From NCBI RefSeq assembly GCF_000981785.2, contig NZ_CP011304.1, forward strand, positions 1,470,001 through 1,502,000: a stretch of DNA of 32,000 bases, given 5' to 3'. This DNA comes from Microcystis aeruginosa NIES-2549 (lineage in GTDB: Bacteria; Cyanobacteriota; Cyanobacteriia; Cyanobacteriales; Microcystaceae). Every line of letters starts with the position of its first letter. Position 1 is the first letter of the stretch. The notes beneath the pieces are model-generated. The model did not search any database. It was given only the letters and a program-made list of their open reading frames with translations, and was not told the DNA's origin. Below are positions 6,501 through 13,849 of this stretch, one piece after another. The translations under genes and the position numbers were made by a program.

Positions 6501-9068
6501 TTAGAGTGGACCGGCAGATTTAATGGGAGCGAGGGGGACAAATCGACCATTTTTGACCTGTAGAATCAAGTAGCGGCGATCATCAGGATTATTATTCATG
6601 TTGCGGATACCATTCTCATCGAATCTAACAGTGCCAGTCATTCCTTCAATAGAAAAATCGTTTCTTAAAACTTTATATAATGATTCTCGATCGAATTTTT
6701 GTCCTTGTTGGGATAACTGTCGCAAAGCGGTGAGGATAACTTTGGTCGCATCGTAGGCCATGGGAGTGCGCCAAACATTGATCTTATTTTGCCAAAAACT
6801 GTGGATATAATTATCTTGTTTGAGATCATACCAAGGCACGGGGATAACTAAATTTTCCACCCCCTGTTCACCTTCTGCAAGGGTGAGATAACTTTGAAAA
6901 GTGGGTGAACCTAAAGTTACTAAGTTTAACTGTTGTGCGTGACGTTGCTTAAAGATACTGACGGCTCTTTTCAGATCATTAACATAGGGAGCAACCATGA
7001 GAATATTTACTTGATACTGAGCAATTTTTTGATAAATTTCCTGTTCATCTAAATTATTTTTTGGCTCGATATTGCAGTCAAAATCTGCATCTTTAATGAC
7101 TTTTTGAAAGCGCTGACCGAGGAGAATGTTTTTATATTTTTTAGCGAAGTTATAATTATCCCCAGAGCGATTATCATAACAAATTAAATTAGTGGGGTTT
7201 TGGATAATTAGCTTGTCAGTTTGTTCGCGGATATATTCACTTAAGGTTGTGGCAAAAGTTTCCATATCGGGAACCATTTTATATATATAGCCATTGCCAG
7301 AGATTTTCGAGGAAAAGCTGGTGGGAGATAGGGCCACAATTTTCCCTTGTACATAAATATCTTTGGCCGCTTCACTAGCAGCAGAAGCATTATGACCAAC
7401 CACTGCTATGATTGACGGATCTTTAACAAATTTTTCGGCTCGATCTTTGGCATCTACGCCACTATTATTATCATTAGCGACCACTACCTGTAGAAAGTGA
7501 AAATCGGGGTTTTTGGCCTGTTCATCGTTTAACTCCTGTTGAAATAAAGCAATACCTCGTAAAATTTCTTGAGCAATTTCTGGATTATTACCAATAGGAA
7601 CACTGGTGGCAATTTTTAAGGGATTTCTATCTTGATAGGCCGCACGAGCGTTATTATAATAGATGCGAATCTCTGGATTATTGGGCAAGCGATCAAGGGA
7701 TTTTTTAAAAAGCTGAATTGCTTGTTTATATTCTTTGTTTTTAAAAGCTTGTCTTCCCCGTTCAATCATGTTATCTTGTCGGTTTGTCTTTAATAATATT
7801 TCTTCACCTAAGCTAATTTCTGGGTATTTACTAGCATCATCGGAAAATACTCCTCCCCAATATAAAACTGATAAAGTTACCAGAAGACTTAAAATAAATA
7901 ACAGAGCTTGTTTCCAGCGACTAGATAGACGTAATAACCTTTTATTTTTAGGTAAAATCAACGGTGGTTCTTCAGGATTTTCTATCAAACGAGGCAGCAA
8001 AGAAGAACTAGCAGCATCCACCTCAAATTCGTGTAATTTTAATTCTTGCCGAGCGATTGTTAAGGATTCTTGTAGGGATTTATGTTCAAGAAAATTGGGA
8101 AGAAAAACTTCTAGAAATCTCAAAGCAACCCGCACAGCGATGGGTTCTTTCATAACAATAATATGCGGTACTCCGATATTAGCCAACTGACGACCAATAC
8201 CCAACCCATCGCAGGAGTTACATATAACAAGTTTTAAGCCTTTTTTAACAGCTATTTCTAGGGAATTTCTTAAGTTATGTGCAGGAGATAAAGCCGTATC
8301 ATTATCAATGATAAAAACTCCATCGTGACCGTCGCTACTGGTTTGACTATGACCTAAATAAACTACAATATCCCATTGATTTTTGATCAACTCATTGTGA
8401 ATATTTTTCGTTGAAGGAGGAACGTCTGAACTGGGACTTAATATTTGCATAGAAACCTTATCTTGGTTTCCTAGTGCCGTTTGCAAACTGGATAAACACA
8501 GGGAATTATGCTCGTTTTCGATGTCAATATTACCCAAAATTACTAAAATATTAATCGGAGAAGTCAGGTTAATTATCGGGGGATTTCTCTGGATAGTAAG
8601 AGCAATTTCCACATCAGGACACCATTGGTGTAAAAAATTCCAACACTCCCAGGGAATTTGTTGTAAATCAAAGTGGGTAGTTTGGATAAAAAATCTTACT
8701 TCTGACTTAGTACCTATATGGAACAAGATATGATTTTGTATCGAACTCAGATAACTAGAGTTTAGCCATTCATTTAGGCTATCTTGTAAAGTTTGAGTAG
8801 CTTGTCTCAGGTTGTCTCTAGGATCACCTACCGCTGCATGGGTGATCATACTATGAGGAACGGTAATTCCTAAACTGGGTTGACTTTCTACCCAATGATA
8901 ATAAGCTCGACGATAATTTTGCAAAGCGTCAGCAATGTCAAGGTTAGGGACTAATCTACCCTCCGCAAAAGGTGCTATCAAGAGATGATTGTCACGAATT
9001 TCTAGAGTGACGGAAAATCCCGTCTCAAAACTGCCATCACCAATTTTCAGAATCACAACTCTGCTCAT
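6501..9068 (-). CDS. Multidomain protein: N-terminal module + CHAT (caspase-like cysteine protease) domain, single TM helix, TPR, type-1 periplasmic binding domain
   Basis: The 855-aa ORF starts with ATG. CHAT-like strands and motifs are INILVILG, WDIVVYLGH(240)S, LKLVIC(283)NSC(286)DG and VPHIIVMKEPIAVRVALRFLEVF...SLQESLTIARQEL. The TM helix is ALLFILSLLVTLSVLYWGGV. The TPR segment reads ERGRQAFKNKEYKQAIQLFKKSLDRLPNNPEIRIYYNNA. PBP1 motifs are LKIATSVP, AQEILRGI, IIAVVGHNASAAS, LSPTS and GMTGTVRFDENG. Confidence 0.75.
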   Translation of the reverse strand: MSRVVILKIGDGSFETGFSVTLEIRDNHLLIAPFAEGRLVPNLDIADALQNYRRAYYHWVESQPSLGITVPHSMITHAAVGDPRDNLRQATQTLQDSLNEWLNSSYLSSIQNHILFHIGTKSEVRFFIQTTHFDLQQIPWECWNFLHQWCPDVEIALTIQRNPPIINLTSPINILVILGNIDIENEHNSLCLSSLQTALGNQDKVSMQILSPSSDVPPSTKNIHNELIKNQWDIVVYLGHSQTSSDGHDGVFIIDNDTALSPAHNLRNSLEIAVKKGLKLVICNSCDGLGIGRQLANIGVPHIIVMKEPIAVRVALRFLEVFLPNFLEHKSLQESLTIARQELKLHEFEVDAASSSLLPRLIENPEEPPLILPKNKRLLRLSSRWKQALLFILSLLVTLSVLYWGGVFSDDASKYPEISLGEEILLKTNRQDNMIERGRQAFKNKEYKQAIQLFKKSLDRLPNNPEIRIYYNNARAAYQDRNPLKIATSVPIGNNPEIAQEILRGIALFQQELNDEQAKNPDFHFLQVVVANDNNSGVDAKDRAEKFVKDPSIIAVVGHNASAASEAAKDIYVQGKIVALSPTSFSSKISGNGYIYKMVPDMETFATTLSEYIREQTDKLIIQNPTNLICYDNRSGDNYNFAKKYKNILLGQRFQKVIKDADFDCNIEPKNNLDEQEIYQKIAQYQVNILMVAPYVNDLKRAVSIFKQRHAQQLNLVTLGSPTFQSYLTLAEGEQGVENLVIPVPWYDLKQDNYIHSFWQNKINVWRTPMAYDATKVILTALRQLSQQGQKFDRESLYKVLRNDFSIEGMTGTVRFDENGIRNMNNNPDDRRYLILQVKNGRFVPLAPIKSAGPL
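6504..7622 (-). other. Type-1 periplasmic binding (LivK/ANF-receptor-like) domain of the CHAT protein
   Basis: Residues ~483-855. It shares NP(L/F)KIA, AQEILRG, IIAV(V/I)GHNAS, SPTS, WRT..(Y/F)DAT(K/R)VI and G(M/A)TG..(R/S)FD motifs with the neighbouring 449-aa protein. Confidence 0.7.
7848..7907 (-). other. Single predicted transmembrane helix separating the protease half from the sensor half
   Basis: Residues 388-407 (ALLFILSLLVTLSVLYWGGV) are preceded by the basic stretch KNKRLLRLSSRWKQ. By the positive-inside rule the N-terminal CHAT half should be cytoplasmic. Confidence 0.65.
8034..8561 (-). other. CHAT/caspase-fold domain segment (residues ~170-345) with putative catalytic His240 and Cys286
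   Basis: I checked these codons directly. Plus-strand 8349-8351 = ATG, reverse complement CAT = His240. Plus-strand 8211-8213 = GCA, reverse complement TGC = Cys286. Plus-strand 8220-8222 = ACA, reverse complement TGT = Cys283. Each follows a hydrophobic beta-strand, as in clan-CD proteases. Confidence 0.65.
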
Positions 9069-9100
9069 GTCTCTACCCTTGACATTTTCTGCTATCTCTA

Positions 9101-10465
9101 TTAAATCCTAAACTGTTCGGTAATGCTACTGTCCCCTAAACTTAGGTTAACATTAAAGCGATCGTCGGCATCAGCTAGAAAATAAAGCTGTAGATAGCTA
9201 TCTAAGGGTTTCTCCCTTGCTATTGCTTCTAAACCGGGGATTAATTGGCCTATTTCATCGCTAATTTGCAAAGATAAACCGGGGGGTAGCTTGGCAAAAT
9301 TGTCCATGGCATAGGCACGAATTAAGACAGCAATTCTCTGGTCACTGGTCGATAAAACTCCCACCATTAAAGCAATTTTATAACCCATTAATTGACTACC
9401 CACATCGAGCATTTTACGGATAGCAGCATTGGGATAATGAGGATCAATATTCCAGAGATATTCTGCCGCTTGCCAGCGAATAGTTTCATCTTGGGTTTGA
9501 TGTTGCAGTTTTGCTAAAGCTTCCTCTGGGGTTAAATGTTCCGAAAATTCCACCTCTTTTTGACTAGCATACAGTTGTCTAATTTCTCGCTGAATATCTG
9601 TCGGAGATTCTCGACTGCTGATTTTTTCGGCAGCCAACAAAAAACCCGGATTAATTGGACGATAACTGTCGATGGTGTTAAGGATTTCTTGCCATTTTTC
9701 GCTAATAATTCCCTGCAACCATTGACTAAGTTTAGTGGGGATTACCTCTAAACGCTGCTGATAAAGTTTTTCTCGCCATTGCTGATTATTCAACAAGGCT
9801 AACCACTGCTGAAAACTAATATCTAATCTCGGAGAATAGGGTGAAACTTGACTTAAATTTTTAATTAAATTTTCTGCTGTTACTGGCGATAAATTTGCTA
9901 AATATTCCAGCTTTTCTTTTTCACTCTCTCCCTCTAAACAACTCTGCCAAAGAATATCTAAATCATCAATCATTTGCTCACTGTCCAAATAATATTGATG
10001 GTAAATTGGATCGTATTCTGCGAGATTTTTAACATCTTGTCTGGATATAAAACCCCAGATATTGAGGAATTTTTCTGCTAAATCTACCTGCACCCCTAGA
10101 TAAAAATCCGCCGCTAAATCGGGAATATCAACCCATTCTTGCTCTATTGTCAATCCCTCAATGTCAATAGTTTGACTGGGAATAATAGTAACTTTTTTAT
10201 CTTGAATTTGCCAAGTAAACCCGTTAATAAACTCCCAAAGATACTGATGGTTCTCAGGTATTATTTGAAGGGAACAATCAAGATTATTTTTTAGCCAATT
10301 GCTTAAGCATATTTGCACCAAGTAATTAATCAAGGCCTGATTTTTGGCGGTTTGATTAGAGTATTGACCGAGAATCGATCGAGCTTGTTTAATCTCTGTT
10401 TCCGAAAAAGTTAGCCAAAGGGATTTCGGGTTAATTTGTTGCAAAATATCGAGGTTGACTTTCAT
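9101..10465 (-). CDS. DUF1822-like protein (cyanobacteria-restricted family, function unknown)
   Basis: The 454-aa ORF starts with ATG, with GGAG 5 nt upstream. The N-terminal pattern ...EIKQARSILGQYSNQTAKNQALINYLVQICLSNWLKNN... and the acidic Trp/Gln-rich body match my recollection of DUF1822 proteins. I cannot verify the family assignment here; the CDS itself is solid. Confidence 0.6.
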   Translation of the reverse strand: MKVNLDILQQINPKSLWLTFSETEIKQARSILGQYSNQTAKNQALINYLVQICLSNWLKNNLDCSLQIIPENHQYLWEFINGFTWQIQDKKVTIIPSQTIDIEGLTIEQEWVDIPDLAADFYLGVQVDLAEKFLNIWGFISRQDVKNLAEYDPIYHQYYLDSEQMIDDLDILWQSCLEGESEKEKLEYLANLSPVTAENLIKNLSQVSPYSPRLDISFQQWLALLNNQQWREKLYQQRLEVIPTKLSQWLQGIISEKWQEILNTIDSYRPINPGFLLAAEKISSRESPTDIQREIRQLYASQKEVEFSEHLTPEEALAKLQHQTQDETIRWQAAEYLWNIDPHYPNAAIRKMLDVGSQLMGYKIALMVGVLSTSDQRIAVLIRAYAMDNFAKLPPGLSLQISDEIGQLIPGLEAIAREKPLDSYLQLYFLADADDRFNVNLSLGDSSITEQFRI

Positions 10466-10487
10466 GGTATCTCCTAATAGATTAGAT

Positions 10488-11627
10488 TTAAGTTAAGTAG
10501 GACTGACAAAAATATTCTAGATAAGCATCGATCTCTTGTTTTTGCCGAGATTCTAATTTAATCTCATTTAACAACTTAGGACAATCTTTGCCTTCCCTTG
10601 CAGAGAGTAGCTGATAAATTTTTTTACATAATTGGGTTATTTCTCGACTAATAGTAGATGAATGAACTCCCAATCGATTAGCGATCTGTGCTTGCGTCAT
10701 TTTTTGATGATAGTAACAATATACAATCTGTTTAACTTCCTCCTCAAGAGTGATTAATAACTTATTAATATCTTCCTGGATTTCTTGTTGTAGTAAATCG
10801 TTACTTGGCTTTTTGCTGGGGAGATTTTCCCAAAAGTAATTGCTATCATGTTCATAATTAGTAGGCTCAAATTTAGAGTAAGAAGGATCGATATGATTAC
10901 GCATTATCTCCCCTATTTGATTGAGTTTTGCTTGCACTTCCTCCACGGTGAAAATAACTTGCGGTTGTAACTGCCGTAGGCGATCAATTACCTGTTGCCA
11001 ATCCTCCCATTGCCATTTATCCAATGATCTAAGAGAAGCTTTTTTTTCCTCTCGAAAACAGTTAAATATTAGCAGATAATTCTCGTTAAAGATACCTGAT
11101 GTTCGTAAAACTTTTTGAATTTTATTCGCACTAAAAAGACTGACTATACCGAGATTAGTCCTGCCGATAGTTTTATACTCTCCTCGCAGGAAATTATAGA
11201 GAGTATTTCTCAATTTTTTATCTGTCCATTTTTCTAAGATTAAGCGAAAAAATCCCAGTTTGGCCTTGTTATCCTGAAAATTACCGTAAAAATTGCTAGG
11301 ATTATTAATGATTGCCGCAGAAAGCAAATTCAGCAAATAGTAGAAGAGGGTTTCATAATCGGCATCGATCCGATGGCCAACATTTTGATAGACCCTTTGA
11401 GTTACTATAGAGGAGCGATATTGTAAAAAAACCATCCAATGAGACTTGACTAATTGGTTATTAGGCTCATTCTGTAACCATTGCCACAGATAGAGATATA
11501 CCGCTTCATCATTGGCAACCTTTCCAGCGATCGCCTCGATCGATCTTCTTAATTGTGGCACTTCGCACCAGAAAACTCGATCGCCTTCCATGGCTTTAAT
11601 AGTAGTATAAAAGTACCTAACGCTCAT
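10488..11627 (-). CDS. Atypical sigma-70-family-like protein (only a region-4 HTH is recognisable)
   Basis: The ORF track start at 11636 is GTG; the first ATG is at 11627 (MSVRYFY...). The C-terminal segment IVYCYYHQKMTQAQIANRLGVHSSTISREITQLCKKIYQLL resembles a sigma region 4.2 HTH. The ~290 residues upstream have no region-2 motif I can recognise by eye. Confidence 0.6.
   Translation of the reverse strand: MSVRYFYTTIKAMEGDRVFWCEVPQLRRSIEAIAGKVANDEAVYLYLWQWLQNEPNNQLVKSHWMVFLQYRSSIVTQRVYQNVGHRIDADYETLFYYLLNLLSAAIINNPSNFYGNFQDNKAKLGFFRLILEKWTDKKLRNTLYNFLRGEYKTIGRTNLGIVSLFSANKIQKVLRTSGIFNENYLLIFNCFREEKKASLRSLDKWQWEDWQQVIDRLRQLQPQVIFTVEEVQAKLNQIGEIMRNHIDPSYSKFEPTNYEHDSNYFWENLPSKKPSNDLLQQEIQEDINKLLITLEEEVKQIVYCYYHQKMTQAQIANRLGVHSSTISREITQLCKKIYQLLSAREGKDCPKLLNEIKLESRQKQEIDAYLEYFCQSYLT
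10602..10760 (-). other. Sigma region-4-like helix-turn-helix segment
   Basis: Residues ~293-345: LLITLEEEVKQIVYCYYHQKMTQAQIANRLGVHSSTISREITQLCKKIYQLL. Confidence 0.55.
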
Positions 11628-11872
11628 CTCTATCACCGGCTACAGGTATCTGCTATCTGATTAGGTAAAAACCGAGGATTTTTTGCAAGAGTAGCAAATA
11701 AATTCAGTGATTCCCTTGCCAAGCGCACCTCTTTCTCTGACAATAGATGAGGGACTGATGAGAAACTATCAGTTATAGTGAGACAGCCTTAGCAACCCAG
11801 TAAAAGACTCGTAAATTCACTCTGAGCTGCCACAAATAGCCGTCATATCAACTTCTAGGACAAAAATTAGGA

Positions 11873-12967
11873 ATGCGAGTAACTTTTACCGAAAATCAGG
11901 GTTTTAGAAAGGAATTGAATAAACGGGTTGATGCTTATTTTACCGAAAACGGCATCCCCACCAGAGATAATTTTGCCATGTACCTGAAGACGATGACGAT
12001 TTTAACTTGGGTAATTGCCGCTTGGCTATTTGTGCTTTTTGGTCCAGATATCTGGTGGCTAAAAATTATCGGTTGCATGGTTTTAGGGGGAGGATTAGCA
12101 GGAATCGGTTTTAGCATTGGTCATGATGCAAACCATGGCGGCTATTCTAGTAAAAAATGGGTTAACTCTCTCCTTGGCATGACCTACGATTATATCATCG
12201 GTACTTCCAGTTATATCTGGCGTTTTCGTCATAATTATCTCCATCACACCTACACCAATGTTTTAGGGTACGATGTGGAAATTCACGGCGATGGTGTGGT
12301 GCGAATGACTCCCCATGCCGAGCATAAATGGTATCATCGTTATCAACATTTATTTATCCCGATTCTCTACGCTATAATCCCTATCTATTGGTCATTCTCC
12401 GATGTGCGCTCCATCCTCTTTCGTCATCGTTTTTGCGAGATTAAAATTCCCAATCCTAAACCGATCGATATATTCGTTTTATTGAGCGGAAAAGTTGTCT
12501 ATCTCTTTTGGTTTATTGGCATTCCTCTCTTAGTTGGTTATAGTACCCTAGAAATAGCGTTCGGTTTTCTAATTGCTTTTATGACCTATGGATTGCTTGC
12601 CTGTCATGTATTTATGTTAGCTCACGTTTTGGAACCTGCCGAATTTATTCAACCCTCGGAAACCAACCAAATCGAAGACGAATGGGCAATTTTTCAAGTG
12701 CGAACTACCGTGGATTTTGCTCCTAAAAATGCTTTTTTAAATTGGTATTTAGGGGGATTAAATTATCAAGTAGTCCACCATCTTTTCCCGAAAATTTGCC
12801 ATGTTCACTACCCTAAAATTGCCACAATTTTAGCGGAAGTTTGCCAAGAATTTGGCGTTAATTATGCCGTTTATCCCACCTTCTGGGGGGCTTTAGCTTA
12901 TAATTATCTTTGGCTCAGACAATTAGGCAATAAACAGAGTAATTTCGATCTCAAGTTAGCCAGCTAA
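11873..12967 (+). CDS. desD: Acyl-lipid (front-end, Delta6-type) fatty-acid desaturase
   Basis: The three His boxes are GHDANHGGY, HNYLHH and QVVHHLFP. From FTENQGFRKELNKRVDAYF to the C-terminus it is colinear with my recollection of Synechocystis DesD (Delta6). The regiospecificity comes from remembered similarity, not from a computation. Confidence 0.85.
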   Translation: MRVTFTENQGFRKELNKRVDAYFTENGIPTRDNFAMYLKTMTILTWVIAAWLFVLFGPDIWWLKIIGCMVLGGGLAGIGFSIGHDANHGGYSSKKWVNSLLGMTYDYIIGTSSYIWRFRHNYLHHTYTNVLGYDVEIHGDGVVRMTPHAEHKWYHRYQHLFIPILYAIIPIYWSFSDVRSILFRHRFCEIKIPNPKPIDIFVLLSGKVVYLFWFIGIPLLVGYSTLEIAFGFLIAFMTYGLLACHVFMLAHVLEPAEFIQPSETNQIEDEWAIFQVRTTVDFAPKNAFLNWYLGGLNYQVVHHLFPKICHVHYPKIATILAEVCQEFGVNYAVYPTFWGALAYNYLWLRQLGNKQSNFDLKLAS

Positions 12968-12968
12968 A

Positions 12969-13130
12969 TATCAGTTATCAGTTATCAGTTACCAGTTATC
13001 AGGTGTGAGTTATCAGTTATCAGATGTAAGTTTTAAGTTAATTAGTTAGTTAGTTATCTTTATCTTTATACCTGTTTACTGTTTACTGATCACTATTTAC
13101 CGATTACTGATTACTGATCACTGATCACTG
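12969..13130. repeat. Heptanucleotide tandem-repeat tract forming an imperfect long palindrome (desD-pgsA spacer)
   Basis: The left arm has TATCAGT/TACCAGT units (12969-13030). An AT-rich centre contains TTAGTTAGTTAGTTATCTTTATCTTTA. The right arm has ACTGAT(T/C)/TTTACTG units (13071-13130), the reverse-complement motif of the left arm. Confidence 0.85.
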
Positions 13131-13134
13131 AAAA

Positions 13135-13650
13135 ATGAACCTACCCAACTCGATTACCCTATCGCGACTCTTGGGACTGCCATTGATATTATACTGGTTG
13201 CACCAAGGCACAGACATCGATCGCTGGTTAAGTTTAATTATCTTTCTGATTGCTGCCAGCACCGATTGGCTCGATGGTTATCTAGCGCGAAAATTGAATC
13301 AAATCACCGAATTAGGTAAATTTCTTGATCCTTTGGTCGATAAATTGCTGGTTCTTGCTCCCCTCTTGGCTCTCATTGAAATGGATTTAATTGCTGCTTG
13401 GGGAGTCTTTTTGATTCTTGCCCGCGAATTAGCGATCGCTGGTTGGCGCATTAATCCCAATTTAACGGGAAATAGCGACATAAAAGGGGCTAATTGGTGG
13501 GGAAAAAGCAAAACAGTCAGCCAGATTATCGCTATCGCTCTCTTAATTGCTCCCTTGCCCTCTGAATACAACTTGATTGCTCAGTTCGCTTTTTGGCTAT
13601 CAGTAACATTAACCTTAATTTCTGGTCTGATTTATGTCACACAAAGGTGA
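13135..13650 (+). CDS. pgsA: CDP-diacylglycerol--glycerol-3-phosphate 3-phosphatidyltransferase
   Basis: The CDP-alcohol phosphatidyltransferase motif is DWLDGYLARKLNQITELGKFLDPLVDKL (D-x2-DG-x2-AR...G-x3-D-x3-D). The 171-aa protein is multi-TM. Confidence 0.9.
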   Translation: MNLPNSITLSRLLGLPLILYWLHQGTDIDRWLSLIIFLIAASTDWLDGYLARKLNQITELGKFLDPLVDKLLVLAPLLALIEMDLIAAWGVFLILARELAIAGWRINPNLTGNSDIKGANWWGKSKTVSQIIAIALLIAPLPSEYNLIAQFAFWLSVTLTLISGLIYVTQR

Positions 13651-13689
13651 CATTAACTTTAATTTCTGGTGTGATTTATGTCACACAAA
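13606..13689 (+). repeat. Tandem 40-bp duplication of the pgsA 3' end (period 44 bp, 2 mismatches)
   Basis: Copy 1 (13606-13645) is ACATTAACCTTAATTTCTGGTCTGATTTATGTCACACAAA. Copy 2 (13650-13689) is ACATTAACTTTAATTTCTGGTGTGATTTATGTCACACAAA. Each copy is followed by its own TGA. Confidence 0.9.
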
Positions 13690-13764
13690 ATTGATAAAAA
13701 TTTGACCAAATGTAAAATAACGAACATTAGCAATAATTTGCGGAGACAAATCGAGAGAATGGGG

Positions 13765-13791
13765 TTGCATTTTTTTTTCTTGGTATATAAT
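13765..13791 (+). promoter_or_regulatory. Candidate sigma-70-type promoter for the RTX-like gene
   Basis: TTGCAT (13765-13770) is followed by a 15-nt T-rich spacer and TATAAT (13786-13791). An alternative reading is an extended -10, TGGTATATA (13781-13789). It lies ~60 nt upstream of ATG 13850. This is motif evidence only. Confidence 0.3.
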
Positions 13792-13849
13792 GGTCGGGAG
13801 AAAGATTGTCAAAATCTTCGAGTGCAAACATACCATTTAAAGAAAAACT

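Noticed and set aside
7735-8733. Plus-strand ORFs 7735-8190 and 8521-8733, antisense to the CHAT gene.
   Set aside because: They are fully contained in an 855-aa ORF with recognisable domains, and they have no RBS and no motifs.
12969-13130. Whether the regular repeat tracts here and at 25084-25200 and 23679-23788 are CRISPR arrays.
   Set aside because: The period is 7 nt with no 25-40-nt unique spacers, the arms are in opposite orientation, and there are no cas genes. They are microsatellite-like heptad tracts.
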